Shown: piece after piece, positions 30,337 to 44,514 of the stretch
Position numbering within the stretch: the stretch's first letter is position 1
Layout of the letters: each line of letters starts with the position of its first letter
Origin: Escherichia coli
GTDB taxonomy: Bacteria > Pseudomonadota > Gammaproteobacteria > Enterobacterales > Enterobacteriaceae
Strand: one strand, 5' to 3'
DNA: 64,000 nt
Assembly (NCBI RefSeq): GCF_030013595.1
Contig: NZ_CP122768.1
Notes under the pieces: model-generated
Databases searched by the model: none
What the model was told of the DNA's origin: nothing
The model's input: the letters and a program-made list of their open reading frames with translations, nothing else
Position numbers and translations under genes: made by a program

Positions 30337-30648
30337 ATGCACATCATTTCTAAAGCGCCATTTGAAGAGTGTGCGCGCAAATATCCTAACGACGCTCTGG
30401 CTCTACACTCATTGTATCGGGTTATTAAGGAAACGGATTTTTCTACACCAGAAGAAATGCGAACGGCGTTTCCCAACCTCGACAATTTTAGATATCGCAA
30501 CAAATGGTACGTTCTGGATGTCGGCGGGAACAATCTTAGGGTTATTGCCTACATAAACTTTGTTAATAAGCGGTTCTTTGTGAAGCACATAACGAATCAC
30601 GCAGAGTATGACAAACTGACACGTTACTACAGAGAGAACAAAGAATGA
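30337..30648 (+). CDS. HigB-family type II toxin (RelE/ParE-fold mRNA interferase), 103 aa
   Basis: MHIISKAPFEECARKYP...FPNLDNFRYRNKWYVLDVGGNNLRVIAYI... resembles HigB/YgjN-type toxins; toxin gene precedes the antitoxin with a 4-bp ATGA overlap. Confidence 0.8.
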   Translation: MHIISKAPFEECARKYPNDALALHSLYRVIKETDFSTPEEMRTAFPNLDNFRYRNKWYVLDVGGNNLRVIAYINFVNKRFFVKHITNHAEYDKLTRYYRENKE

Positions 30649-31064
30649 CTGCTAATGCTGCACGCGCTGTTAAAGCAACAAGAGAACTGGTCAATGCAGT
30701 CCCCTTTCTGGGAGGTAGTGACTCAGAAGATGATTATCGTGAAGCACTGGAACTGGTCGAATATTTGATTGAAGAAGATGACACCAATCCACTTATCGAC
30801 TTTCTGGCGAGCCGCATTGCAGAGTATGAAAGCAACAACGAAAAGTTTGCAGAGTTCGACAAAGCCGTTGCTGCAATGCCGGTTGGCGTGGCGTTACTTC
30901 GTACGCTGATTGATCAACATAATCTGACCTACGCGGATTTGAAGAACGAAATCGGCTCTAAATCCCTGGTCAGTCAGATTTTGTCTGGGCAACGATCCCT
31001 GACGATATCCCACATTAAGGCACTTTCAGCCCGATTTGGTGTTAAGCCGGAATGGTTTCTTTGA
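30645..31064 (+). CDS. HigA-family antitoxin (XRE-type HTH at the C-terminus), 139 aa
   Basis: ...GSKSLVSQILSGQRSLTISHIKALSARFGV... HTH segment; translationally coupled to the upstream toxin. Confidence 0.8.
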   Translation: MTANAARAVKATRELVNAVPFLGGSDSEDDYREALELVEYLIEEDDTNPLIDFLASRIAEYESNNEKFAEFDKAVAAMPVGVALLRTLIDQHNLTYADLKNEIGSKSLVSQILSGQRSLTISHIKALSARFGVKPEWFL

Positions 31065-31090
31065 TTTTGACTGATGCCAAACCCAAGATT

Positions 31091-31120
31091 GCCCGATGCG
31101 CAACGCTTATCGGGCTTTCT
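31091..31120. terminator. Bidirectional hairpin terminator between the HigA-like gene and convergent ascB
   Basis: Stem gcccgat/atcgggc (31091-31115) followed by tttctt; A-rich on the opposite side. Confidence 0.6.
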
Positions 31121-31142
31121 TGGTTCGTGCGACGGTAGTTAC

Positions 31143-34033
<2,891 letters not shown>

Positions 34034-34118
34034 CGGATTTTATCCTGTTATCAGTAGGGTAGATGTAGTTGTTATCAGTCGACGTGACGGAAAAATGCCG
34101 ATGCTGAAACGGAATTAA

Positions 34119-34130
34119 GAAACCGGTTTC
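34119..34130. promoter_or_regulatory. Perfect 12-bp palindrome gaaaccggtttc, candidate LacI/GalR-type (AscG) operator
   Basis: Exact inverted repeat in the ascF-ascG divergent intergenic region. Confidence 0.45.
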
Positions 34131-34192
34131 ACAAAATCATGAATAGTTGTCACTAAATAAGCAAGAGAGTTAATTGTTCATTTTTTATATTT

Positions 34193-34206
34193 GTGAAACC
34201 GGTCAC
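34193..34206. promoter_or_regulatory. Second, imperfect AscG-type operator (gtgaaaccggtcac)
   Basis: Near-palindrome related to the site at 34119-34130, ~75 bp downstream. Confidence 0.4.
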
Positions 34207-34292
34207 CTGAATATTTTTCCCGCCGATTGCGCAAGGACAATCGGCAAACGGTGCAGTACACTGCGTTAATTGCGTGTAAAGGGATGAAAATG

Positions 34293-35303
34293 ATGACGAC
34301 GATGCTGGAAGTGGCGAAGCGCGCCGGGGTTTCAAAAGCGACCGTTTCCCGCGTGCTTTCAGGTAATGGCTACGTCAGCCAGGAGACTAAAGATCGCGTG
34401 TTTCAGGCGGTAGAAGAGAGCGGTTACCGTCCAAACTTGCTGGCGCGCAATCTGTCGGCGAAGAGTACTCAGACGCTGGGGCTGGTAGTGACCAACACAC
34501 TTTACCACGGCATTTATTTTAGTGAATTACTGTTTCATGCCGCGCGAATGGCGGAAGAGAAAGGGCGACAGTTGCTATTGGCAGATGGTAAACACAGCGC
34601 CGAAGAAGAGCGCCAGGCGATTCAGTATCTGCTGGATTTGCGCTGCGACGCCATTATGATTTACCCGCGTTTTTTAAGCGTGGATGAGATTGATGACATC
34701 ATTGACGCACACAGTCAGCCGATAATGGTGCTTAATCGCCGCCTGCGCAAAAACAGCAGCCATAGCGTCTGGTGCGATCATAAACAGACCAGCTTTAACG
34801 CCGTGGCAGAGTTGATAAACGCCGGACATCAGGAGATTGCTTTCCTTACCGGCTCGATGGATTCCCCCACCAGCGTTGAACGTCTTGCCGGGTATAAAGA
34901 CGCGCTGGCGCAGCATAGTATTGCGCTCAATGAAAAACTTATCGCTAACGGTAAATGGACGCCCGCCAGCGGGGCCGAAGGGGTAGAAACGTTGCTCGAA
35001 CGTGGGGCTAAATTTAGCGCGTTAGTTGCCAGTAACGACGATATGGCGATAGGTGCGATGAAAGCGTTACACGAGCGCGGCGTAGCGGTGCCAGAGCAGG
35101 TGTCAGTTATCGGATTCGATGATATCGCTATTGCCCCCTATATCGTTCCGGCGCTCTCCAGCGTAAAAATTCCGGTGACTGAGATGATTCAGGAAATTAT
35201 TGGACGGCTGATTTTTATGCTCGATGGCGGGGATTTCTCACCGCCGAAAACCTTCAGCGGAAAATTGATCTGCCGCGACTCACTCATTGCCCTTTCGCGA
35301 TAA
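34293..35303 (+). CDS. ascG: LacI/GalR-family repressor of the asc operon
   Basis: N-terminal HTH MTTMLEVAKRAGVSKATVSRVLSG; start taken at ATG 34293; upstream in-frame ATGs at 34284/34290 cannot be excluded. Confidence 0.88.
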   Translation: MTTMLEVAKRAGVSKATVSRVLSGNGYVSQETKDRVFQAVEESGYRPNLLARNLSAKSTQTLGLVVTNTLYHGIYFSELLFHAARMAEEKGRQLLLADGKHSAEEERQAIQYLLDLRCDAIMIYPRFLSVDEIDDIIDAHSQPIMVLNRRLRKNSSHSVWCDHKQTSFNAVAELINAGHQEIAFLTGSMDSPTSVERLAGYKDALAQHSIALNEKLIANGKWTPASGAEGVETLLERGAKFSALVASNDDMAIGAMKALHERGVAVPEQVSVIGFDDIAIAPYIVPALSSVKIPVTEMIQEIIGRLIFMLDGGDFSPPKTFSGKLICRDSLIALSR

Positions 35304-35307
35304 ACAT

Positions 35308-35346
35308 TGTCATCACATGTCATCGTCACTAGTGTCGATGACATCG
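35308..35346. promoter_or_regulatory. FhlA-UAS-like repeat cluster upstream of hydN
   Basis: tgtcatcacatgtcatcgtcactagtgtcgatgacatcg resembles the TGTCG/CGACA repeats of the hyc-hyp UAS. Confidence 0.4.
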
Positions 35347-35451
35347 TTTTTCCTGCATTGCAGAATTTAATTTCTTTAAATAACAGTAAATTAAAAACTG
35401 GCATGATTTGTGAGTGTATCGGCGCATTAACTGTCATTGCTGGAGAATTTG

Positions 35452-35979
35452 ATGAACCGTTTCATCATTGCTGACGCGAGTAAATGTATTGGTTGCCGTA
35501 CCTGTGAAGTGGCGTGCGTGGTTTCTCATCAGGAGAATCAGGACTGTGCATCGCTGACCCCGGAAACTTTTTTACCGCGAATCCATGTCATTAAAGGTGT
35601 GAACATTTCTACGGCGACAGTTTGCCGTCAGTGTGAAGATGCACCGTGCGCTAACGTCTGCCCGAATGGTGCTATCAGTCGTGATAAAGGGTTTGTTCAT
35701 GTGATGCAGGAACGTTGCATTGGTTGCAAAACCTGCGTTGTGGCTTGCCCGTATGGCGCGATGGAAGTGGTGGTACGTCCGGTGATTCGCAACAGCGGCG
35801 CGGGGCTGAATGTACGGGCTGACAAAGCCGAAGCCAATAAATGCGACCTCTGTAACCATCGTGAAGACGGCCCGGCGTGTATGGCGGCTTGCCCGACCCA
35901 TGCGCTGATTTGTGTCGATCGTAATAAACTTGAACAACTGAGCGCAGAAAAACGTCGCCGTACGGCGCTGATGTTCTAA
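35452..35979 (+). CDS. hydN: Formate dehydrogenase-H associated 4Fe-4S ferredoxin-type electron transfer protein HydN
   Basis: Starts [22 protein letters not shown]; four Cys clusters; paralogous to hycB. Confidence 0.93.
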   Translation: MNRFIIADASKCIGCRTCEVACVVSHQENQDCASLTPETFLPRIHVIKGVNISTATVCRQCEDAPCANVCPNGAISRDKGFVHVMQERCIGCKTCVVACPYGAMEVVVRPVIRNSGAGLNVRADKAEANKCDLCNHREDGPACMAACPTHALICVDRNKLEQLSAEKRRRTALMF

Positions 35980-36131
35980 AAATCTTACAGAACTGTTCTG
36001 GTATCAAAGGAATTCCCGGAAATATTCGTAGAATACGAAGCGGGCAGTATCGCCGACCTGTGACTGCCGGATGCGACGCGCTCGTGTCCGGCTGGGCGGG
36101 TTACGCAATTCATGATGGCGGGAATAACTCA

Positions 36132-38372
36132 ATGGCAAAAAACACATCTTGCGGTGTCCAACTGCGTATTCGTGGCAAAGTGCAGGGCGTCGGTTTTCGT
36201 CCGTTTGTCTGGCAGCTGGCACAGCAATTAAATCTTCACGGCGATGTCTGTAATGACGGCGATGGAGTGGAAGTCCGGCTGCTGGAAGACCCGGAAACGT
36301 TTCTTGTGCAGTTGCATCAGCACTGCCCGCCGCTGGCGCGTATTGATAGCGTCGAGCGTGAGCCGTTTATCTGGTCACAACTGCCCACCGAGTTCACTAT
36401 CCGTCAGAGCACAGGCGGAGTCATGAATACGCAAATTGTTCCCGATGCCGCGACTTGTCCTGCCTGTCTTGCTGAAATGAATACCCCGGGCGAGCGGCGT
36501 TATCGTTATCCGTTTATCAACTGTACCCACTGCGGCCCACGTTTCACCATTATTCGCGCCATGCCTTACGACCGCCCGTTTACCGTGATGGCGGCGTTTC
36601 CGCTGTGTTCGGCCTGTGACAAAGAATATCGCGACCCGCTCGATCGTCGCTTCCACGCCCAGCCGGTGGCCTGCCCGGAGTGTGGCCCCCATCTTGAATG
36701 GGTAAGTCATGGTGAACATGCAGAACAAGAGGCGGCATTACAGGCAGCTATCGCACAGTTAAAAATGGGCAACATTGTCGCCATCAAAGGGATTGGCGGA
36801 TTTCATCTCGCCTGCGATGCGCGTAACAGTAACGCGGTGGCGACACTTCGGGCGCGCAAACATCGCCCGGCGAAACCGCTGGCGGTCATGTTGCCAACGG
36901 CAGAAGGTTTACCAGACGCTGCGCGCCAGTTGCTCACCACACCCGCCGCGCCGATTGTGCTGGTGGATAAAAAAAACGTTCCTGAGCTTTGTGATGATAT
37001 CGCCCCTGGCCTTAATGAAGTCGGGGTGATGTTGCCTGCGAACCCGCTCCAGCATTTGCTGTTACAGGAACTGCAATGCCCGCTGGTGATGACCTCCGGC
37101 AACCTGAGCGGTAAACCACCGGCTATCAGCAACGAACAGGCGCTGGCGGATTTGCAGGGCATTGCCGACGGATTCTTGATACATAACCGCGACATCGTGC
37201 AGCGGATGGATGATTCGGTGGTGCGCGAAAGCGGCGAAATGCTGCGCCGTTCGCGGGGGTATGTGCCGGATGCGCTGGCTTTGCCTCCGGGCTTTAAAAA
37301 TGTTCCGCCTGTGCTGTGTCTCGGCGCGGATCTGAAAAATACCTTCTGCCTGGTGCGCGGTGAACAAGCGGTGTTGAGTCAGCATCTGGGCGATTTAAGT
37401 GACGATGGCATCCAGATGCAGTGGCGCGAAGCGTTACGCCTGATGCAAAACATCTACGATTTTACCCCGCAATACGTTGTGCATGACGCGCATCCGGGCT
37501 ATGTCTCCAGCCAGTGGGCGCGCGAAATGAATCTGCCGACGCAAACGGTGCTGCATCATCATGCTCATGCGGCGGCGTGTCTGGCAGAACATCACTGGCC
37601 ACTGGATGGCGGTGATGTCATTGCGTTGACGCTCGACGGTATCGGTATGGGGGAGAACGGCGCTTTGTGGGGCGGCGAATGCCTGCGGGTGAACTATCGC
37701 GAATGTGAGCACCTGGGCGGCTTGCCTGCGGTGGCGCTTCCGGGGGGCGATTTGGCTGCAAAGCAGCCGTGGCGTAACCTGCTGGCGCAGTGCCTGCGCT
37801 TTGTGCCGGAGTGGCAGAATTACCCTGAAACGACAAGTGTGCAACAGCAAAACTGGAGCGTGCTGGCGCGGGCCATTGAGCGTGGAATTAACGCGCCGCT
37901 GGCGTCATCGTGTGGGCGTTTGTTCGATGCTGTGGCGGCGGCACTGGGCTGTGCGCCAGCCACGTTAAGTTATGAAGGTGAAGCGGCTTGTGCTCTGGAG
38001 GCGCTCGCAGCCTCATGCGACGGAGTGACGCATCCGGTGACGATGCCGCTGGTGGACAATCAACTGGATCTCGCCACTTTCTGGCAGCAGTGGCTGAACT
38101 GGCAGGCACCGGTTAATCAACGCGCGTGGGCGTTTCATGATGCGCTGGCGCAGGGTTTTGCCGCGTTGATGCGTGAGCAGGCCACGATGCGCGGTATCAC
38201 TACGCTGGTATTTAGCGGTGGGGTTATTCATAACCGATTGCTGCGTACACGCCTGGCGCATTATCTCGCTGATTTCACATTGCTATTTCCACAGAGTTTA
38301 CCGGCGGGTGATGGCGGCTTGTCTCTGGGGCAGGGGGTTATTGCTGCGGCGCGCATCCTGCATGCTGCATAG
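36132..38372 (+). CDS. hypF: [NiFe]-hydrogenase maturation carbamoyltransferase HypF
   Basis: Starts [30 protein letters not shown] (acylphosphatase domain), then two CxxC Zn-finger pairs, YrdC-like and Kae1-like domains; the track start at 36060 is a GTG over-extension. Confidence 0.94.
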   Translation: MAKNTSCGVQLRIRGKVQGVGFRPFVWQLAQQLNLHGDVCNDGDGVEVRLLEDPETFLVQLHQHCPPLARIDSVEREPFIWSQLPTEFTIRQSTGGVMNTQIVPDAATCPACLAEMNTPGERRYRYPFINCTHCGPRFTIIRAMPYDRPFTVMAAFPLCSACDKEYRDPLDRRFHAQPVACPECGPHLEWVSHGEHAEQEAALQAAIAQLKMGNIVAIKGIGGFHLACDARNSNAVATLRARKHRPAKPLAVMLPTAEGLPDAARQLLTTPAAPIVLVDKKNVPELCDDIAPGLNEVGVMLPANPLQHLLLQELQCPLVMTSGNLSGKPPAISNEQALADLQGIADGFLIHNRDIVQRMDDSVVRESGEMLRRSRGYVPDALALPPGFKNVPPVLCLGADLKNTFCLVRGEQAVLSQHLGDLSDDGIQMQWREALRLMQNIYDFTPQYVVHDAHPGYVSSQWAREMNLPTQTVLHHHAHAAACLAEHHWPLDGGDVIALTLDGIGMGENGALWGGECLRVNYRECEHLGGLPAVALPGGDLAAKQPWRNLLAQCLRFVPEWQNYPETTSVQQQNWSVLARAIERGINAPLASSCGRLFDAVAAALGCAPATLSYEGEAACALEALAASCDGVTHPVTMPLVDNQLDLATFWQQWLNWQAPVNQRAWAFHDALAQGFAALMREQATMRGITTLVFSGGVIHNRLLRTRLAHYLADFTLLFPQSLPAGDGGLSLGQGVIAAARILHAA

Positions 38373-38449
38373 TGGCGGATGTGGCGTAACTAAGCGTAAA
38401 AAGAGCGCGGACAGTCCCCTCGCCCTTTGGGCGAGGGAGAAAACCATGC

Positions 38450-39583
38450 CTACATCGGCAACGTTTTCAACAATGCAAACGCCTCTTTCATCCGATCCTC
38501 ACTGACCACAAAGGCGCGAAGCTGGTCAGCATCGTCAACGCCGCGCGCCACCATTCCCTGGCGTTCGGTATTAATTTGCCAGCGTAAATCCTGACGCTGG
38601 GTTTCGCCTGCCAGATGCAGCGGTAATTCCGGCGTTTTGATTTTCACCAGCATCGCCGGGAGTTTCAGTGGCGTGTTATTGCCGAGAAGATTTTTTGCCA
38701 GCACCATCGCGCTAAGTTGAATCGGCTGCAGGAACGGCAGTACCTGACCGTTAATTTCCGCGCAATCGCCCAGAGCGTAAATATCGGCATTACTGGTTTG
38801 CAGATAACTATCGACGCAAACGCCGCGATTAATCGTCAGCCCGGCGCGTCGTGCCAGGGCGGTTTCCGGGCGCAGCCCGGTGGCGGCAATTACCGCATCC
38901 ACTTCGATGCTGCGCTGGCGGTCCAGCGTTGCCAGAATGCCAGAATCCGTTTTTTCCAGCCCCTGCAACTGAGATTTTAACAGCAGATGAACGCCCATCT
39001 CCGTCAACCGATGCTGCAAGCGGCTGCTTACTTCCGGTGGCATTAACGACGCCAGAATACTGGCAGCGTTGTCGATTAGCGTGACCGCTTTGCCTGCACG
39101 ACAAAAATCCATCGCCAGTTCGCTACCAATCAAGCCACCGCCAACAATCAACACGCGTCGGGCATCCCGCAGTTGCGTTTCACAGGCGCGATACTCTTGC
39201 TGACTATTTAACGTCAGCATTAACTCACGCCCGGGCACTGGCGGGACAAAGGCGCTGGCACCGGTTGCCAGCACTAACTTGTCGTATTGCCACTGATTAT
39301 TCTGACTTTTCACCACATGGGCTTCGGCATCGATATCCGTTACCCAGGTGTGCGGAAACAGGTGCAGATTAAACTGCTCGGCAAATTCACCCGCCGTCTG
39401 GCGGGTAAGGTCATCGGCACGTTGCCTCTGGCTGATAACATGGCTGAGGTCCGGTTTGTTGTACTCATCCATGCTGTCGGCGGCAATCAGGGTTAATGGA
39501 ATACAGGCGTCCTGTTTGCGAATATTTTTCACCAGTTGGCGGGCGGCGAAGCCCGAACCAATGATCACAATGCCGTTGCTCAT
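38450..39583 (-). CDS. norW: NADH:flavorubredoxin reductase NorW
   Basis: 377-aa [21 protein letters not shown]... with two FAD/NAD Rossmann motifs. Confidence 0.94.
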   Translation of the reverse strand: MSNGIVIIGSGFAARQLVKNIRKQDACIPLTLIAADSMDEYNKPDLSHVISQRQRADDLTRQTAGEFAEQFNLHLFPHTWVTDIDAEAHVVKSQNNQWQYDKLVLATGASAFVPPVPGRELMLTLNSQQEYRACETQLRDARRVLIVGGGLIGSELAMDFCRAGKAVTLIDNAASILASLMPPEVSSRLQHRLTEMGVHLLLKSQLQGLEKTDSGILATLDRQRSIEVDAVIAATGLRPETALARRAGLTINRGVCVDSYLQTSNADIYALGDCAEINGQVLPFLQPIQLSAMVLAKNLLGNNTPLKLPAMLVKIKTPELPLHLAGETQRQDLRWQINTERQGMVARGVDDADQLRAFVVSEDRMKEAFALLKTLPM

Positions 39584-41019
39584 TTTGCCTCCGATGCCAG
39601 TTCGTCAAAGACGTCTTTGCCAAGGGAGCATTCCGGGCACAGGAAGTTATCCGGAACTTCACTCCACGGCGTTCCTGGCGCAACGTCCTGCATTGGCTCG
39701 CCTTTTGCCGGATCGTAAATCCACTGGCAGACGCTGCACTGCATCCGTGGGCCGAGGTCAGCCGTCGTGGTGGCAGAGGTTTCTTCTTTAACCACCGTAT
39801 TCACCGTGCTCTGCGGCAGCGGCGCGAGCGCCCACTGACGGGCGATTTCGCGACCGTGTTCACGACATAGCTCCAGAGCGTCCTGGTCCGGTCGCCATTT
39901 GGCTTTCAGGCTAAGCGACATTTCGAAACCCGCATCCTGCAGGCGTGTGGAAAGACGATCCACCGCACCGCCGCTCCAGCCATGAGAGCCGAAAGCACTG
40001 GCGCGTTTGTTACGAAAGCGTAAACCAGTCATCTCCTCCACCAGCCCGGCGATTTTTGGCATCATCACGTTATTCATCGTCGAAGTGCCGACCAGCACGC
40101 CTTTTGAGCGGAAGACATTGGTCAGGATTTCGTTTTTATCGCTTCGGGCGACGTTGAAAATTTTCACCGCTACGCGTGGGTCGGTTTCCGCAATACCCTG
40201 GGCTATAGCATCGGCCATCATGCGGGTATTATTCGACATGGTGTCGTAGAAAATGGTGATTCTGTCTTCCTGATAATCCGCCGCCCATTTCAGGTACAGC
40301 TCGACAATTTGCGTCGGGTTATCGCGCCATACCACGCCGTGAGAGGTCGCTATCATATCGACTGGTAAGTTAAAGCCCAGGATCTCGGTAATTTTCGGCG
40401 TTACCAGGCGGCTGAACGGCGTCAGGATATTGGCGTAATAACGCTGGCACTGCTCGAAAAGCTCCGTCTGATCCACTTCATCGTTGAACAGATGCTCGTC
40501 GCAGTAGTGCTGACCGAAAGCATCGTTACTGAACAGTACCGCGTCGCCTGTCAGGTAAGTCATCATGCTGTCCGGCCAGTGCAGCATTGGCGTTTCGACA
40601 AAAATGAGCTGTTTGCCGTTGCCGATATCCAGCGTGTCGCCAGTTTTCACCACATTAAAATTCCACTCCGGATGATGGTGATGACCATTTATCGAGTCGA
40701 TAGCGTTGGCAGTACAGTAGATCGGCGTATCGGGAATTTGTGCCATCAGTTCGGTCAGCGCCCCGGCGTGGTCCTCTTCTGCATGGTTAATCACGATGTA
40801 ATCGATATCCGCCAGATCGATTTCATTACGCAGGTTCTGCACAAATTCGCGGCTGAATTTATGGTCAACGGTGTCGATCAGCACGTTTTTTTCTTCGCGG
40901 ATGAGGTAGCTGTTGTAGCTGCTGCCGCGCAGCGTTTTATATTCCGTGCCGTGAAAATCACGCACTTCCCAGTCACGTTGACCAACCCAATGAATGTTAT
41001 TTTTCACCACAATAGACAT
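39580..41019 (-). CDS. norV: Anaerobic nitric oxide reductase flavorubredoxin NorV
   Basis: 479-aa ORF: metallo-beta-lactamase-like and flavodoxin domains plus C-terminal rubredoxin CxxC...CxxC. Confidence 0.95.
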   Translation of the reverse strand: MSIVVKNNIHWVGQRDWEVRDFHGTEYKTLRGSSYNSYLIREEKNVLIDTVDHKFSREFVQNLRNEIDLADIDYIVINHAEEDHAGALTELMAQIPDTPIYCTANAIDSINGHHHHPEWNFNVVKTGDTLDIGNGKQLIFVETPMLHWPDSMMTYLTGDAVLFSNDAFGQHYCDEHLFNDEVDQTELFEQCQRYYANILTPFSRLVTPKITEILGFNLPVDMIATSHGVVWRDNPTQIVELYLKWAADYQEDRITIFYDTMSNNTRMMADAIAQGIAETDPRVAVKIFNVARSDKNEILTNVFRSKGVLVGTSTMNNVMMPKIAGLVEEMTGLRFRNKRASAFGSHGWSGGAVDRLSTRLQDAGFEMSLSLKAKWRPDQDALELCREHGREIARQWALAPLPQSTVNTVVKEETSATTTADLGPRMQCSVCQWIYDPAKGEPMQDVAPGTPWSEVPDNFLCPECSLGKDVFDELASEAK

Positions 41020-41065
41020 AGCAACCTCAATTTATTCAGCGTGTTCTAAAAAGATGTCTTGCTAA

Positions 41066-41083
41066 TTGCAGATTGCGTGCCAG
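41066..41083 (-). promoter_or_regulatory. Sigma-54 promoter of norVW
   Basis: Reverse strand reads CTGGCACgcaatCTGCA, ~50 nt upstream of the norV ATG. Confidence 0.65.
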
Positions 41084-41137
41084 TTTTTTATCTGATTGTT
41101 TTTACTCTATAAATAAAATTATGCTCATTAATGAATA

Positions 41138-41193
41138 GTCAAAATGACTATCAATAAAATGGTCGATATGACAATATCTATAGTCAAATTGAC
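41138..41193. promoter_or_regulatory. Three NorR enhancer sites (GT-N7-AC): gtcaaaatgac 41138-41148, gtcgatatgac 41162-41172, gtcaaattgac 41183-41193
   Basis: Three evenly spaced GT-N7-AC inverted repeats in the norR-norV intergenic region. Confidence 0.7.
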
Positions 41194-41205
41194 AGTGAGG
41201 CAAAG

Positions 41206-42720
41206 ATGAGTTTTTCCGTTGATGTGCTGGCGAATATCGCCATCGAATTGCAGCGTGGGATTGGTCATCAGGATCGTTTTCAGCGCCTGATCACCACGCT
41301 GCGTCAGGTGCTGGAGTGCGATGCGTCTGCGTTGCTACGCTACGACTCGCGGCAGTTTATTCCGCTTGCCATCGACGGGCTGGCAAAGGATGTACTCGGT
41401 AGACGCTTTGCGCTGGAAGGGCATCCACGGCTGGAAGCGATTGCCCGCGCCGGGGACGTGGTGCGCTTTCCCGCAGACAGCGAATTGCCCGATCCCTATG
41501 ACGGTTTGATTCCCGGGCAGGAGAGTCTGAAGGTTCACGCCTGCGTTGGTCTGCCATTGTTTGCCGGGCAAAACCTGATCGGCGCATTGACGCTCGACGG
41601 GATGCAACCCGATCAGTTCGATGTTTTCAGCGACGAAGAGTTACGCCTGATTGCCGCGCTGGCGGCGGGAGCGTTAAGCAATGCGTTGCTGATTGAGCAA
41701 CTGGAAAGCCAGAATATGCTGCCGGGCGATGCCGCGCCGTTTGAAGCGGTGAAACAGACGCAGATGATTGGCTTGTCGCCAGGCATGACGCAATTGAAAA
41801 AAGAGATTGAGATTGTGGCGGCGTCCGATCTCAACGTCCTGATCAGCGGTGAGACGGGAACCGGTAAGGAGCTGGTGGCGAAAGCGATTCATGAAGCCTC
41901 GCCACGGGCGGTGAATCCGCTGGTCTATCTCAACTGTGCCGCACTGCCGGAAAGTGTGGCGGAAAGTGAACTGTTCGGGCATGTGAAAGGGGCGTTTACT
42001 GGCGCTATCAGTAACCGCAGCGGGAAGTTTGAAATGGCGGATAACGGCACACTGTTTCTCGATGAGATCGGCGAGTTGTCGTTGGCATTGCAGGCCAAGT
42101 TGCTGCGAGTGTTGCAGTATGGCGATATTCAGCGTGTTGGCGATGACCGCAGTTTGCGGGTCGATGTGCGCGTGCTGGCGGCGACTAACCGTGACTTACG
42201 GGAAGAGGTACTGGCAGGGCGATTTCGCGCCGATTTGTTTCATCGCCTGAGCGTGTTTCCACTTTCAGTGCCGCCGCTGCGTGAGCGGGGCGATGATGTC
42301 ATTCTGCTGGCGGGGTATTTCTGCGAGCAGTGTCGTTTGCGGCTGGGGCTCTCCCGCGTGGTATTAAGTGCCGGAGCGCGAAATTTACTGCAACACTACA
42401 GTTTTCCGGGAAACGTGCGCGAACTGGAACATGCTATTCATCGGGCGGTAGTACTGTCGAGAGCCACCCGCAGCGGCGATGAAGTGATTCTTGAGGCGCA
42501 ACATTTTGCTTTTCCTGAGGTGACGTTGCCGCCGCCAGAAGCAGCGGCGGTGCCCGTTGTTAAGCAAAATCTGCGTGAAGCGACAGAAGCGTTCCAGCGT
42601 GAAACCATTCGCCAGGCACTGGCACAAAATCATCACAACTGGGCTGCCTGCGCGCGAATGCTGGAAACTGACGTCGCCAACCTGCATCGGCTGGCGAAAC
42701 GTCTGGGATTGAAGGATTAA
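41206..42720 (+). CDS. norR: Nitric-oxide-responsive sigma-54 activator NorR (GAF + AAA+ + HTH)
   Basis: 504-aa [21 protein letters not shown]... with GETGTGKE Walker A and GAFTGA motif. Confidence 0.95.
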   Translation: MSFSVDVLANIAIELQRGIGHQDRFQRLITTLRQVLECDASALLRYDSRQFIPLAIDGLAKDVLGRRFALEGHPRLEAIARAGDVVRFPADSELPDPYDGLIPGQESLKVHACVGLPLFAGQNLIGALTLDGMQPDQFDVFSDEELRLIAALAAGALSNALLIEQLESQNMLPGDAAPFEAVKQTQMIGLSPGMTQLKKEIEIVAASDLNVLISGETGTGKELVAKAIHEASPRAVNPLVYLNCAALPESVAESELFGHVKGAFTGAISNRSGKFEMADNGTLFLDEIGELSLALQAKLLRVLQYGDIQRVGDDRSLRVDVRVLAATNRDLREEVLAGRFRADLFHRLSVFPLSVPPLRERGDDVILLAGYFCEQCRLRLGLSRVVLSAGARNLLQHYSFPGNVRELEHAIHRAVVLSRATRSGDEVILEAQHFAFPEVTLPPPEAAAVPVVKQNLREATEAFQRETIRQALAQNHHNWAACARMLETDVANLHRLAKRLGLKD

Positions 42721-43682
42721 ATAATCCCGGCCTGATAGAAATCCTGCAGGTTAATTGCGCCGGTGAGTTTGCCGTTTTCATCCACTACCGGTGCGGCGGT
42801 GATTTTGCGTTTCATCAGGATTTCTTTGGCGTCGATGGCACGGCTTTGCGATTGCAACGTAGTGCCGCCGACAGTCATCGCTTCATTGACTGGCGTGGTG
42901 AGTGCGCCGCCGCCAACCAGCCAGCGACGTAAATCGCCGTCGGTAAAGACGCCTTGTACCTGTTGTTGAGCGTCACATACCGCCACCAGCCCCAGACCAG
43001 TGCGGCTAAGTTCCAGCATCGCGTCCATCACGCTGGCGGTTAACGCCACCTGCGGGATGGCATCGTCACGACGCATAAGATGATGCACTTTGTTCAGCAA
43101 GCGAGCGCCCAGCGCACCGGCTGGATGTGAACGGGCAAAATCTTCTTCATTAAAACCGCGCGCCTGCATGACTGCCATCGCCAGCGCGTCGCCCATCATC
43201 AGGGTATTTACAGTGCTGGAAGTCGGCGCAAGGTGCATCGGGCAGGCTTCGCGTTCCACGGAGATATCCAGCACCGCTTTCGCCGCCAGGCCCAGCGGTG
43301 ACGTCGGTTTGCCGGTCATCGCCAGCAGCGCGATAGATTTGTCTTCCAGACGTGGAATAATCAGATCCAGTTCCTTCGCGCCACCGGAGTAAGAGATAAA
43401 CAGCATCACATCGCGGCTTTCGATCATCCCCAGGTCGCCGTGCAATGCCTCTGCCGGATGGACAAAAAAGGCAGGAGTGCCGGTGCTGGCAAGCGTTGCG
43501 GCGATTTTCTTACCAATGTGGCCCGATTTGCCAATTCCCGAAACCACCACTTTGCCTTCGCAGTGCAGGATGATATTGGCGGCGCGAACAAAATCATCGC
43601 CCAGACGTTCCGGTAAACGGCTTGCTTCCTGTAACTCCAGCATTAACGTCTGACGTCCCGCGTTCAGTAGTGCTTCACTCAT
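42717..43682 (-). CDS. gutQ: D-arabinose 5-phosphate isomerase GutQ (SIS + tandem CBS)
   Basis: 321-aa [26 protein letters not shown]... Confidence 0.93.
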   Translation of the reverse strand: MSEALLNAGRQTLMLELQEASRLPERLGDDFVRAANIILHCEGKVVVSGIGKSGHIGKKIAATLASTGTPAFFVHPAEALHGDLGMIESRDVMLFISYSGGAKELDLIIPRLEDKSIALLAMTGKPTSPLGLAAKAVLDISVEREACPMHLAPTSSTVNTLMMGDALAMAVMQARGFNEEDFARSHPAGALGARLLNKVHHLMRRDDAIPQVALTASVMDAMLELSRTGLGLVAVCDAQQQVQGVFTDGDLRRWLVGGGALTTPVNEAMTVGGTTLQSQSRAIDAKEILMKRKITAAPVVDENGKLTGAINLQDFYQAGII

Positions 43683-44448
43683 TGCTCTCTCCGGTTATGA
43701 TCACATCGATCCCTTTCTTTTCCAGCGCCTGACGAAACGCCGGATCGATACCTGCGTCGGTAATTAGCTTATCGACGCTTTCAAGACTGCAAACTACGTT
43801 GGGGCTTTTACGGCCAAACTTTGATGAGTCCGCCATCAAAATCACTTCGCGCGCGGCATTGCACATTGCCTTACTGACGGTATAAACCTCGTTGAACGTG
43901 GTTACGCCCGCATTGAGATCGATGCCGTCGGTGCCCATAAACAATTTATCGAAGGTGAAATGCTCGAAGGCATTCTCTGCCAGTTGCCCGTGAAATGAGG
44001 CCGATTTTTTACGAAATGTTCCGCCTGGCATCAGGATAGTTTGTTCGTTATCCAGTTCGGATAGCGCATTGACGATATGCAGACTGTTGGTCATCACTGT
44101 GATGTTATTAAAGCGCGAGAGCAGGGGAACCATCTGCAAAACGGTACTGCCAGCATCAAGAATGATCGAATCGCCATCATGGATAAAACTAACGGCAGCT
44201 TCTGCAATCAGCTCTTTCTTGTGGGTGTTGATGAGTGTTTTATGATCGATAGGCGGATCGGATTCCTCTTTATTCAACACCACTCCGCCATAAGTACGAA
44301 TGACGGTTCCGGCATGTTCCAGAATGACCAGATCTTTGCGAATGGTTGTGCCTGTGGTGTCAAAGTATTGCGCCAATTCTTCAACCGAGCATTTACCCTG
44401 CTTTTGCAGATACTCCAGAATGGCGGCCTGACGCTGACGAGGTTTCAT
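43675..44448 (-). CDS. srlR: DeoR-family glucitol operon repressor
   Basis: 257-aa [32 protein letters not shown]... Confidence 0.93.
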   Translation of the reverse strand: MKPRQRQAAILEYLQKQGKCSVEELAQYFDTTGTTIRKDLVILEHAGTVIRTYGGVVLNKEESDPPIDHKTLINTHKKELIAEAAVSFIHDGDSIILDAGSTVLQMVPLLSRFNNITVMTNSLHIVNALSELDNEQTILMPGGTFRKKSASFHGQLAENAFEHFTFDKLFMGTDGIDLNAGVTTFNEVYTVSKAMCNAAREVILMADSSKFGRKSPNVVCSLESVDKLITDAGIDPAFRQALEKKGIDVIITGESNE

Positions 44449-44514
44449 GGGCGTGATTACCTGATTTAGGTTTCAAAATGATAACTTCGCAAGCAAGTAA
44501 CATTCACAACGAAA

